DNA of 54,362 nt, from positions 1-54,362 of the IMG/VR virus record IMGVR_UViG_3300012348_000091, one strand, 5' to 3'. Positions 1 to 8,418 of the stretch are shown one piece after another (position 1 is the first letter of the stretch; the number at the start of each line of letters is the position of its first letter). The stretch comes from a virus. Its lineage: Duplodnaviria > Caudoviricetes. The notes beneath the pieces were generated by a model. It was not told where the DNA came from. It did not search any database and saw only the letters and a program-made list of their open reading frames with translations. The position numbers and the translations under genes are program-made.

Positions 1-1401
1 GTTGATGCGGGCGTTGGCTTGGAGGTAGGTCTCCACGCTCGTCACCGGGGCGTACCAGATGATTGTGTCTGCTGCCGTAAGGGTAAGGCCGTGAGAGGCC
101 GCCTGCGGCTGAATGATGAGGACGTGCGGGTCCTTCTGGGTCTGGAACCGCTGCACGATGTCGCTGCGCTTGTTGACGGGCACCTTGCCGTTGATGACAT
201 CGCAGGTGATGCCTTCCTTCTCCAGCTTGGCCCGCAGTAGCTCGATGGTGTGGGTGAACGGTACGAACACCAGCACCTTGTTGCTGGCTTCCTCGATGAC
301 CTCCAACACCACGTTCAGGCGGTTGCTGACGTCGAACTCCAACACCTCGCCAGTATCCGTGTAGACCGCGCCTCCGCTGATCTGGAGCAGCTTGTTGATC
401 TTGGTCGCTGCGTTGAGCGCACTGACCTCCTCGCCCTCAGCCTCGAAGAGCATCTGGCTCTTTAGCTGGGTGTAGTACTTACGCTGCTGCGGTGTGAGCG
501 GTGCCTCTCGCTCAGTATGGGTAACCTCTGGTAGGTCGAGGCAGTCCTTCTTCTCGAACCGGATGGCAGGCTGAAGGATGTTGTGCACGATGTCCTGCGC
601 CTTGGGCTTGGGAATCCATTTGAACTGGGTGACCTTCATCATCACCTGATCGCGGTACTGGCCATAATACTTGGGGCACCCCCGCGTGTCGGCCAACTTA
701 GCGAGGCCGTAAGCATCCAACGGCGACTGCGCTGCGGGTGTACCAGTGAGCAGCCATAGGCGTGGGTCGGTATCCTTCACGATCTTATTCAGGACACCCC
801 AGCGGTTGGTCTGCGCGTTCTTGTAGGCGTTGGCCTCGTCGATCACGATCAGGTCGAACCCACCCGCGATGATCTGGTCCTTCACAATGGCCAGCCCGTC
901 GAAGTTGATGATGACGAAATCAGCCCCGGCATTGATGATCTTCTCACGCTGCTTGGCGGTCCCGTGCGCCACGCTGCACGACCGGTGCATGGCGAACTTG
1001 AACAGGTCTTGCTGCCACGCCGACTTCATGATCGACAGGGGGCACAGCACCAGCACCCGCTTCACCAGCCCGCGCTTCATGAGGTAGTCGGCTGCCCAGA
1101 TGACGCTGGCCGTCTTGCCCGTACCCTGCTCGTTGAAACAGAACGCCCGCTTGCGGATGGAGAGGAACGATGCCGTGGTCTTCTGGTGTTCGAACGGCGT
1201 GAGCTTACCCGTCCACTGGTAGGACTTGAGCATGGGTGACGGAGTATCGTCGAAGCCAAGCTGAGCGAGGATTTCGCTCTCGGTGTGTCCCCATTTGACA
1301 AGGACACCCTCGGCTACCTCTGCGCTCTTATGGATATTGTCCGTGACCACGGACGGGTCAGGCACCTCCAACAGGAGGGCTTTATCTTCTACGATCTTCA
1401 C
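1..1401 (-). CDS. SNF2-family (SF2) helicase, truncated at window edge
   Basis: Manual translation from GTG 1401 (RBS AAGGAG): motif I NEQGTGKT, Ia LCPLS, II LIVIDEA, III LLTGTP, VI YLQANARIN at the edge. Missing from the ORF track because its stop lies outside the window. Confidence 0.9.
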   Translation of the reverse strand, partial: MKIVEDKALLLEVPDPSVVTDNIHKSAEVAEGVLVKWGHTESEILAQLGFDDTPSPMLKSYQWTGKLTPFEHQKTTASFLSIRKRAFCFNEQGTGKTASVIWAADYLMKRGLVKRVLVLCPLSIMKSAWQQDLFKFAMHRSCSVAHGTAKQREKIINAGADFVIINFDGLAIVKDQIIAGGFDLIVIDEANAYKNAQTNRWGVLNKIVKDTDPRLWLLTGTPAAQSPLDAYGLAKLADTRGCPKYYGQYRDQVMMKVTQFKWIPKPKAQDIVHNILQPAIRFEKKDCLDLPEVTHTEREAPLTPQQRKYYTQLKSQMLFEAEGEEVSALNAATKINKLLQISGGAVYTDTGEVLEFDVSNRLNVVLEVIEEASNKVLVFVPFTHTIELLRAKLEKEGITCDVINGKVPVNKRSDIVQRFQTQKDPHVLIIQPQAASHGLTLTAADTIIWYAPVTSVETYLQANARIN

Positions 1402-1419
1402 CAGTTTGCTCCTTGGTGT

Positions 1420-1698
1420 TTACTTCTTACGTTCGCGCTTGCTCGTCTCACTCACAAGGTTGCCCTTGCTGTCCCGCTTGAACGAGCGGTTGGCGGACTT
1501 GCTCTCAACCCGGAGGCCGTTCTTGATCGAGCCGCCCTTGTCGATGGCCTTCACGTGGGCCACGTCCTTGCCGTCGCCCTTCTTGACCTTACCAGCCTTA
1601 GCCATCTTGGCACGGGCAGCATTGCGCTGCGCCCGGTTCTTCTTCTGCTCCGGGCTGGCGTGATACGATTTGTACTCGGCCTTGTAGTCGCGGGCCAT
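1420..1698 (-). CDS. Small basic HNH-like protein, possibly degenerate endonuclease
   Basis: MARDYKAEY...GDGKDVAHVKAIDKGG...LRVESKSANRS follows the phage HNH pattern; RBS AGGAGG before ATG 1698. Confidence 0.6.
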   Translation of the reverse strand: MARDYKAEYKSYHASPEQKKNRAQRNAARAKMAKAGKVKKGDGKDVAHVKAIDKGGSIKNGLRVESKSANRSFKRDSKGNLVSETSKRERKK

Positions 1699-2369
1699 CA
1701 CTTCCTCCTTGGTCGCCAGTTCTCGCAGGTGGTCACTGGGCACCATGGGCACAGACCAGACGACACTGGGTTCCATATACCATTTTCCATGGCCGCTTCC
1801 AACCGATCCAACTGTGGATCGAACACCGACAGGTACTGCTCCGTATGCTCCCGCTTGTGGGTCTTCTTCGGGAACTCTTGGCTGACCACGTAGGCCAGCG
1901 CCGACTTGATGACCTTCAGGTCTGGGTACTTTACGAATAGCGCACCAGCCATAAGGTCTAGCTGCTTCATGTCTGCGTACTTGGCGTTCTTCCCGGTCTT
2001 GTAGTCGATCATCCAAGCCCGGTCGCCGTCGAGGATCAGAAGGTCCACGATGCCCCGGTACCAGACGCCCTTGGCGAAGAAGTCACAAGCCTCGTAGCCG
2101 TCCTCGGTCTTGCGAAGGCCCAGCTTCAACTCGGTCAGCTTCTCGCCCGGCTTGGCTGCCAGCGGTTCCACGATGGGGCGCATGAAGGCAAACTTGTTGG
2201 GGATCGGCGTCCCGTCCTTGATGAAGAACTCGGCTGCCTCATGCACCTCGGTCCCATAGACAGCAGCTTCGCCGGGGTCATCCTTGACGTCCTTGGCCAC
2301 CTTAAGGTGGAAGTACTTCTTCGGACACTGGTCGAAGGTCTTGATGCTGCTGTAGGACCACGCGGTCAT
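1698..2369 (-). CDS. PD-(D/E)XK Cas4/AddB-like exonuclease
   Basis: WSYSS..F.QCP N-terminus, RGIVDL, IDYKTG, C-terminal CPWCPVTTC cysteines. Confidence 0.85.
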   Translation of the reverse strand: MTAWSYSSIKTFDQCPKKYFHLKVAKDVKDDPGEAAVYGTEVHEAAEFFIKDGTPIPNKFAFMRPIVEPLAAKPGEKLTELKLGLRKTEDGYEACDFFAKGVWYRGIVDLLILDGDRAWMIDYKTGKNAKYADMKQLDLMAGALFVKYPDLKVIKSALAYVVSQEFPKKTHKREHTEQYLSVFDPQLDRLEAAMENGIWNPVSSGLCPWCPVTTCENWRPRRK

Positions 2370-2575
2370 ATGGGTCGTAGCTCCTGCGCCATGCGGCGCA
2401 CTTGGGTTATGGTGTTAAGCAGCGCACGCCTGTGCGTGTCCTGCGCCTTACCGAGGTGGTACACCGCAACGAGCCGTCCCGCCAGCTTTACTTTGTTGTG
2501 TTTTTTCCCCGCCTCAATCTCCCATGGGAGGCCCGTCCTATCTAGAGCCTCCCGCAGTTCCACCGGTAGTTTCAC
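2366..2575 (-). CDS. HicA-like small protein
   Basis: 69 aa with GKKH.K turn and a C-terminal RRALLN...VRR helix; overlap-coupled to neighbours. Confidence 0.4.
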   Translation of the reverse strand: MKLPVELREALDRTGLPWEIEAGKKHNKVKLAGRLVAVYHLGKAQDTHRRALLNTITQVRRMAQELRPI

Positions 2576-2847
2576 CTCACCGTTCCTTCTAGGCGATCAG
2601 CGACGAGCTTGGCGTAGCCCGCGATGTCGATCCAGCTATCAGCGTAGTTGGGATCACCGTTGACGATGCGCCCGATCTTGTGGAAGATCATGTCGAGGGC
2701 TTCCTGTTGGTCGGGTTCGAGCGCCTTGTTACGCTGCCTTAGGAAACCGGCGGTCAGCACCTTGTAGGTTTGCGTCACATCAGCATGGCCGACGAACGAG
2801 CCGTAACGGCTGCCACGCTCTTCAAGGATTTCGGTTACGTCGGTCAT
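2572..2847 (-). CDS. DUF6378-like all-alpha protein
   Basis: ILEERGSRYG...KIGRIVNGDPNYADSWIDIAGYA signature; start trimmed to the ATGA overlap at 2847. Confidence 0.75.
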   Translation of the reverse strand: MTDVTEILEERGSRYGSFVGHADVTQTYKVLTAGFLRQRNKALEPDQQEALDMIFHKIGRIVNGDPNYADSWIDIAGYAKLVADRLEGTVR

Positions 2848-3623
2848 TTCAGGTTGCCTCCGCTCTTCAGAATGTCGCCACCAAAGATGTAGGTGCCGAC
2901 GTGGTTGAGCTTGATGAACGGGTGGGCATGGATGATCCCACCGTGCTGCCGCCATAGTTCGCAGAAGTGGTAATCCTCTGAGAGCAGCGCTCCGGTTGCG
3001 TCGATAGACGTAGCGAAGAACTCGTGGGTCAGCGGCTTGTCGTACTCACCCGTCTCTGGGTTCTTGAACGACGATACCCGGTAGGTCGGCACGTGGGGTT
3101 TGAGATGCTCGAACACGCCCCGCTTGATGAGCATGAAGCCAGTGCCACCGTGGCGGACCTCGATGCAGCCAGACTCATCGCTGTGCACGTCACCGCTGCC
3201 GACCATATTGAACACGAAGGCTCCGGCGTAGTTCTCCAGCCCCTGCTTGCCACCCTGTGCAGCGCGCTCCACGCTGTCCCAGTTGACCTCCTTCTTGGGG
3301 TAGATACCACAGGCGATGTCCTTGTCGGCCAGCATCAGTTGAGCGATGGCCTCCCCGTCGAAGCCAATGTCGGCGTCGATGAACATCAGGTAGTCGTGGT
3401 CGCTCTCAAGGAACACACGGGCCAACTCGTTGCGGGCACGGGTGATGAGGCTCTCGTTCATGATCTGACACCATGCCACGTTGACGCCGATCTCACGCAT
3501 CTTCTGCATGGTCATCAGCAGCCCCTGCACATAGTGCCCAGTGCACATACCACCGTACATGGGAGTGGCGATCATCAGGCTCGGACGCTTCTCCACCGGC
3601 TTCACTTTGATTTCATCAGTCAT
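2844..3623 (-). CDS. GT-A fold glycosyltransferase-like protein (early copy)
   Basis: LMIATPMYGG, SLITRARN, YLMFIDAD (DxD), GTGFMLIKR, LSEDYHFC, LNHVG. Confidence 0.8.
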   Translation of the reverse strand: MTDEIKVKPVEKRPSLMIATPMYGGMCTGHYVQGLLMTMQKMREIGVNVAWCQIMNESLITRARNELARVFLESDHDYLMFIDADIGFDGEAIAQLMLADKDIACGIYPKKEVNWDSVERAAQGGKQGLENYAGAFVFNMVGSGDVHSDESGCIEVRHGGTGFMLIKRGVFEHLKPHVPTYRVSSFKNPETGEYDKPLTHEFFATSIDATGALLSEDYHFCELWRQHGGIIHAHPFIKLNHVGTYIFGGDILKSGGNLK

Positions 3624-4237
3624 GCGAACCATCCCTTAATCGTGCCCCAGAAGCCACGCGCCTTCTGAGCTTCTTCCAGTTCCTGCTTGGTCTCAGCCAA
3701 GTCAATGAGGGTGCCCTTGAGCACGTCGATCAGCGCTTCCTGCTGGTCGGTCATGAGGTTCATTGCCCTATAGATGTCCGCCAAGTGCCGCATAATCAGC
3801 ACCTCACGTTCAGCGATAGGGGTCGTCGGGCCTTCCGGCTCCGGGGTGATCTGCGTGAGGTTCGTCACGGGCTTGGGTGCTTCCACAGGCGGCGCAGCCG
3901 GTTCTTCGATCCAGTCATCAACCAGCTTCTGCACATACGCAGGGACAGGCTTCGGCTCCGGTTTCGGCTTCGGTTCGTACTTCGGCGCTGAGCGAGTCTT
4001 GTACTTAACGTGGTAGGTGCTGTACGTGTACCGCTTCCCGCTGGGGGATATACTTGTCTTCTTCCCACGGGATTCTAGCTCACCACGGAGGTGCATACGG
4101 GACACCATGGTCTGCACCCCGGAGGGGCTAAGGTGTGGTAGCTGTGCGGCTATCTCCGGGGTAGTCATGTCTGGGTTGCGGTGCAGCAGCTTGTAGATGA
4201 GTCTGGCGGTTTCGCCCTTCTTAGTTCTCTTACGCAT
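3620..4237 (-). CDS. Winged-HTH protein with coiled coil and amphipathic C-terminal tail
   Basis: MTTPEIAAQLPHLSPSGVQTMVSRM HTH, Pro-rich linker, C-terminal RGFWGTIKGWFA; RBS AGGAG before ATG 4237. Confidence 0.55.
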   Translation of the reverse strand: MRKRTKKGETARLIYKLLHRNPDMTTPEIAAQLPHLSPSGVQTMVSRMHLRGELESRGKKTSISPSGKRYTYSTYHVKYKTRSAPKYEPKPKPEPKPVPAYVQKLVDDWIEEPAAPPVEAPKPVTNLTQITPEPEGPTTPIAEREVLIMRHLADIYRAMNLMTDQQEALIDVLKGTLIDLAETKQELEEAQKARGFWGTIKGWFA

Positions 4238-4268
4238 GGAATAGCTCCTTCCTAGGTTCGTATTGGTA

Positions 4269-4451
4269 TTAATTCGGCTTAGTGAAACGCCCGTCAGGAC
4301 CACGGGTACTGATCTTGCGGTAGTCGCGTTCCAGTTGAGAATACTTTTCCTGAAGCTCCAGATACTCCTTGAGGCTCCAGATGCGCCCGATGGCGTACCC
4401 CAACCCCGCCGTGATGGGCGGGATAATCAACAGCATCCAATCCATATTCAC
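4269..4451 (-). CDS. Small membrane-anchored protein
   Basis: N-terminal hydrophobic helix and C-terminal RGPDGRF motif. Confidence 0.55.
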   Translation of the reverse strand: MNMDWMLLIIPPITAGLGYAIGRIWSLKEYLELQEKYSQLERDYRKISTRGPDGRFTKPN

Positions 4452-5131
4452 TCTCCTTTCTTGCGTACAACCAGTTGGTATCCGACGTGGACGATCTCAG
4501 CCTCTTCCGCGAAGATGTTGGTGAAGGCGTCGATAGCGGGCTTGGGGCGGTGCAGGATGTCGCGCGGGTTGCCCCACATGTAATCGTCGAACACCATGAT
4601 CCCCTTGGGCTTGAGCAGCGGCCAAGCCATGCAGGCGTCAGTCAGCACATCCTTGGCGATGTGGCTGCCGTCGATGTAGATGAAGTCGAAGAGGTTTTTG
4701 TTGTCGTAGCAACCCCCCAACTTAGAGCCTACGTATTGGGTAGACGTGCACTTATATTTGTACACTTTTTTGCGTTGCCCCTCAGTTGGGGCTGGGGACG
4801 CATACCGGGTGTGGACGGGGTACGGAAACTTGTACTCCGCGTCACGCTCTTCCACCACCGCACCGCCAAGCACCTTGTCGATGTTATGGTCAAAGCGGGC
4901 CTCGACGCTCGTCATGTCTTCTTCGTGGTGCTCTTCGCCGCCTTCCCACGTATCCACGCAGTCAATCCAGTCACCGGGGTTCATCATGTTCTCGATGATC
5001 CAGACGGCACTACGGCCCTCGAACGAGCCGATCTCAAGGAAAGCCTTACGCTCCGGCAGCATAGGGGTTAGCTGCGTCCAGACCTCTGGTGACCAGTGGA
5101 ACCAGTCTTTGGTGAATTGATACTCAGTCAT
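4448..5131 (-). CDS. Class I SAM-dependent methyltransferase (Methyltransf_24-like)
   Basis: FLEIGSFEGRS, CVDTW, FDFIYIDGSH, LKPKGIMVFDDY. Confidence 0.85.
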   Translation of the reverse strand: MTEYQFTKDWFHWSPEVWTQLTPMLPERKAFLEIGSFEGRSAVWIIENMMNPGDWIDCVDTWEGGEEHHEEDMTSVEARFDHNIDKVLGGAVVEERDAEYKFPYPVHTRYASPAPTEGQRKKVYKYKCTSTQYVGSKLGGCYDNKNLFDFIYIDGSHIAKDVLTDACMAWPLLKPKGIMVFDDYMWGNPRDILHRPKPAIDAFTNIFAEEAEIVHVGYQLVVRKKGE

Positions 5132-5141
5132 TTGTTTGCTC

Positions 5142-5624
5142 CTACTTTAGCCCTAGGGCACTCTTCATCTTCTTCAGCATCCCTGCGTCCAGCGTTTCGC
5201 CGCCGATGTTAAGTTGGCCGTTGGCTTGGATGCGCATGGCTTCCTGCCCAGCCGTGTTGATTACCAGCGACTGCGATGGTGTCTGGGTGCCGATGCCGAT
5301 AGCGTTCTGGTACTGACTTAGGTTCGCGCTAGCATTCAATTGGGCAACCGCTTGGACCGTCCTGTTTGCCGCCATAAGGTTCCTCTCGGCCTCGGCACGG
5401 CGCTCATCACCGTTGAAAAGCTCGTCCATCATCCACTTGTGCGCTTCGTCTAGGTGGATGGGTCGGAGTGCTGCCTTGATAGCCCTCCGCTCTTCATCAG
5501 AGCTACACTCCTCCACCTGCCCAAGCAGGTAACCCCAGCGGCTCTCGGCCCAACCAAACTCCTCGGGGTTGCTCTCCATACGGGCGAGCAGTAGCTCGAC
5601 CACCGGGTGAATATTATCCGCCAT
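5142..5624 (-). CDS. Hypothetical protein with a C-terminal tail-fibre-like repeat
   Basis: RBS AGGAG; IGIGTQTPS...EAMRIQANGQLNIG resembles the repeats in the tail fibres of this window. Confidence 0.6.
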   Translation of the reverse strand: MADNIHPVVELLLARMESNPEEFGWAESRWGYLLGQVEECSSDEERRAIKAALRPIHLDEAHKWMMDELFNGDERRAEAERNLMAANRTVQAVAQLNASANLSQYQNAIGIGTQTPSQSLVINTAGQEAMRIQANGQLNIGGETLDAGMLKKMKSALGLK

Positions 5625-5633
5625 GATTTGCTC

Positions 5634-6020
5634 CTATGTCCGTTCGGTGGGCAGCACGATCTCGGCCAGTTCTCCGTAGAGACGGGCAAGGTTCTTGTGG
5701 ACGCCGCCAATGGTGTTCAGGGTTGCCCGTAGCTTCTTAAGGGCATGGTATTCTTCGTGCTGTTCTACGCTCTGTTCTCTGTCTTCGAGGGTATATCCCT
5801 CGCGCAGGTGAGCGGTCAGGCGCTTCCAATCCCGCAGCGATTTCCGCCCGAAGTTTGATACGCGCATTATCGTTTCGTCTGGCAGGTCAACATAGTCCCC
5901 GACAGTGGCATCGCGCTTACCAAAAAATAACAGCGGGTATCCGTCGGCCAGCGAGTTAACCAGCCGGGTCGGCCCATCCAAATCCTTTATCCGCGTTTCG
6001 CGGGTCACTTCATCCGCCAT
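5634..6020 (-). CDS. RNA polymerase alpha-CTD-like protein
   Basis: IKDL..PTRLVNSL...TVGDYV...IMRVSNFGRKSL resembles the alpha-CTD N(L/F)GxKS motif; RBS AAGGAG. Confidence 0.7.
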   Translation of the reverse strand: MADEVTRETRIKDLDGPTRLVNSLADGYPLLFFGKRDATVGDYVDLPDETIMRVSNFGRKSLRDWKRLTAHLREGYTLEDREQSVEQHEEYHALKKLRATLNTIGGVHKNLARLYGELAEIVLPTERT

Positions 6021-6213
6021 GATTTGCTCCTTCCTTCTGCTTGCGTAGCTCATTGAAATAGGTCCGCCGTTTGATGCGCCGGTCTTCCTTGGCGACGATC
6101 TGCCGTATGCGCTCTGGGGTTAGCCCGTGCTTTTCCCCCAATGCCCGTAGGGTTGTTCCCGCTTCCTTGCGCTCCCTCCAGATGGCTAAGTTGCGCTCGG
6201 GCTTAGCCACCAT
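6010..6213 (-). CDS. Sigma70 region 4-like HTH protein
   Basis: TLRALGEKHGLTPERIRQI resembles region 4.2 (TLEEVG..F.VTRERIRQI); ATG 6213. Confidence 0.75.
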   Translation of the reverse strand: MVAKPERNLAIWRERKEAGTTLRALGEKHGLTPERIRQIVAKEDRRIKRRTYFNELRKQKEGANHGG

Positions 6214-8023
6214 AGCTTGCTCCCATCTTGCTCTCACAGTTGAGCGGCAGCAGCGATGCCCACTTGGGGCGGATACGCATACACTGCTCAACGAACTCAC
6301 GGGCTTCGCCCGCCTGCGCTACTGGTGCGATAGCACCCACAGCGTCATGCACCGTCATCACCACGCGATAGCGCCGTGCGACCATCAACATCTGCTCACC
6401 GATCACGATGCGGGCCAGCGCCTGACAGACATTCTCAACGCACTTGCCGCCATAGATGCGGCTCGTCAGCGTAGCCCGGCCCTTCTTCTGGTCGTAGACC
6501 ATCTCGGACTTGCCGTTAGGCTGCATCACCCAACGCAGGTTCGGGTATTGCAGGCGCAGCCCATTGGGTAGCTTGATGCCCTCTGCACCGTACACCAGCA
6601 GCACCCCATCCCGGCCAAGCGGCGCGGTCTGGTTGTTCGCCATTGCATCCAGCGCGTCACCCGCAGCCCGCCACAGTTTCGGGATCATGGGGTAGGTCTC
6701 GCGGTACACGCTGATGATGCGCTTGCACTCGGCCAGTTCCATCTGGACGTTGAACGTCTTAAGCTGAGCCTGAAACTTCTCAGCGCCCATACCGTAGCCG
6801 CAGCCAAGGATGGTGGTCTTACCCACGAACCGCTGCGCGTCCGTCACTTCTTCGATGGGCACCCCGTAGATGGAGGAGGCCATGATCTTATACACGTCCT
6901 CGCCAGCGTCGAATGCAGCCACAAGGTCATCCTGCCCGGCCAGCCACGCCAAGGTGCGCGCTTCGATCTGACTGCTATCGCAGTCGATGAAGCAGTATCC
7001 CTCTGGAGCGCGTATCGCCTTCTTCAGTGGCGACTTGCGGGGGAGGTTCTGCATGTTGACCTTGTCGTCCCCGCCCCAGCGTCCCGTGTGGGCCGCATAG
7101 TAACGTAGGGGGATGGGCAGGGTCCCGCGATCAGCGATGCGAATAAAACGCTCCGTGCGCGTCTCTTCCAGCGTAGACTTGACACCCAGACGCGCCGCCA
7201 CAATCGCCTGAACGATGGGGTTCTCATGCTCCAGCAGCGCCTTGAAGTCCTCGTCGTTCTTAGCAAAGGCATAGGTCTCCTTGCCCGTGGCCGGGCTGAT
7301 CTTCATGGGCGGCTCGACACCAATGTCTCGCAGCGTATCAGCAAGCTGCCCGTTGGACATCAGGTTGTCCTTGGAGATGAGCGCCTTCCCCAGTAGCTCG
7401 TTCTTCTTGTGCTGCACCTCGGACAGGTGATCCTTGAGGATGGTCGCGTCCAACTCTAGCACTGGCTCAGTAAACATCCGGATCGTCAGGTCGATCAGGC
7501 GGAACTCGATTGCCGGGAAGCCCACGGCGATGCGGTTGAACAGCGCGTAGGTCTTCTCCACGTCGTTGATGCAGTACTCCCCGTAGCGGGCAAGCTCCTC
7601 AGCAGTGAAGTCCAGTCGCCCCTTACCTAGCGCATGGATAACCTCGTCGCCCTTCTCGCCCAGTCCGTACCGCTCCAGCGCCTTGGCGAGGCTGTTGCCA
7701 GCGTTCGGCCCATCTATGGCGCGCAGCATGGAGAGGGTGTCAGCGATCCGCTTGGGGCGGATGTCGAAGTGCCAGTTGAGGATGGCCATGTCGAACATGG
7801 CGTTGTGCGCCACAGCGATGGACTCGTCCCATGGGAACTGGTCGAGGAAGGCTTTAGTCTGCTTCTCAGGGCCAGAGAACCACTGGGTCTCCCCGTCATT
7901 GACCTTTACAGCTACGCCGATAGTCTCAAAGTAGTCATGGCGGATATACTCCTCGGTCGTCATCTTGGACAGACTGAAGGTGCGGTCGTAGAACGTCTCG
8001 AAGTCTATGGTGATGATGTTCAC
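6203..8023 (-). CDS. Family A DNA polymerase with 3'-5' exonuclease
   Basis: Exonuclease IDFET, AHNAMFD, YCIND; polymerase motifs TGRW, NMQNLP, DSSQIEAR, RFVGKTTILGCGYG, TVHD. Confidence 0.95.
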   Translation of the reverse strand: MNIITIDFETFYDRTFSLSKMTTEEYIRHDYFETIGVAVKVNDGETQWFSGPEKQTKAFLDQFPWDESIAVAHNAMFDMAILNWHFDIRPKRIADTLSMLRAIDGPNAGNSLAKALERYGLGEKGDEVIHALGKGRLDFTAEELARYGEYCINDVEKTYALFNRIAVGFPAIEFRLIDLTIRMFTEPVLELDATILKDHLSEVQHKKNELLGKALISKDNLMSNGQLADTLRDIGVEPPMKISPATGKETYAFAKNDEDFKALLEHENPIVQAIVAARLGVKSTLEETRTERFIRIADRGTLPIPLRYYAAHTGRWGGDDKVNMQNLPRKSPLKKAIRAPEGYCFIDCDSSQIEARTLAWLAGQDDLVAAFDAGEDVYKIMASSIYGVPIEEVTDAQRFVGKTTILGCGYGMGAEKFQAQLKTFNVQMELAECKRIISVYRETYPMIPKLWRAAGDALDAMANNQTAPLGRDGVLLVYGAEGIKLPNGLRLQYPNLRWVMQPNGKSEMVYDQKKGRATLTSRIYGGKCVENVCQALARIVIGEQMLMVARRYRVVMTVHDAVGAIAPVAQAGEAREFVEQCMRIRPKWASLLPLNCESKMGASYGG

Positions 8024-8283
8024 TTGTCTGCTCCTTCAAGCCTACGTGTTGCTTCCGTGTAGGCACCCAGTTCGTCTGGGACGTTGATGATGTGCATGAT
8101 GCCGGGACGGATAACCCGCTTCCCCTTTTTCATATGCGTGTGCTCGCTGCTGTCCCATGGTTCGACCTTGGTGACGCGCTTCCGTTTGTGGAAGACAGCC
8201 CAACCCATCTCGTACTCCATGCCGAACAAGGCGTTCAATCCGGGAAGTAGCTCCTTGAGAAGCTGTGCGCGGGAGATAGCCAT
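8020..8283 (-). CDS. Small protein beginning with a copy of the major capsid N-terminus
   Basis: MAISRAQLLKELLPGLNALFG is identical to residues 1-21 of 28283..29194; its stop overlaps the polymerase start (GTGA). Confidence 0.75.
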   Translation of the reverse strand: MAISRAQLLKELLPGLNALFGMEYEMGWAVFHKRKRVTKVEPWDSSEHTHMKKGKRVIRPGIMHIINVPDELGAYTEATRRLEGADK

Positions 8284-8285
8284 GG

Positions 8286-8414
8286 TTACCCCCACCACTC
8301 CTCTTCCATGATCTCGCGCTCTTCGGGGGTGATCTCTGGGCGCGTGAGGATGCCGTAAACCGTCACCCCCACCACACCCAGTATGAACAGCGCCAGCCAG
8401 TTGTCGCTCGTCAT
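8286..8414 (-). CDS. 42-aa membrane peptide
   Basis: Manual translation MTSDNWLALFILGVVGVTVYGILTRPEITPEEREIMEEEWWG; fills the gap between neighbours. Confidence 0.6.
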   Translation of the reverse strand: MTSDNWLALFILGVVGVTVYGILTRPEITPEEREIMEEEWWG

Positions 8415-8418
8415 CCCA

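Noticed and set aside
1698-2369. Cas4-like gene as part of a CRISPR-Cas system
   Set aside because: No cas1, cas2 or array nearby; solo Cas4-like nucleases are common in phage replication modules.
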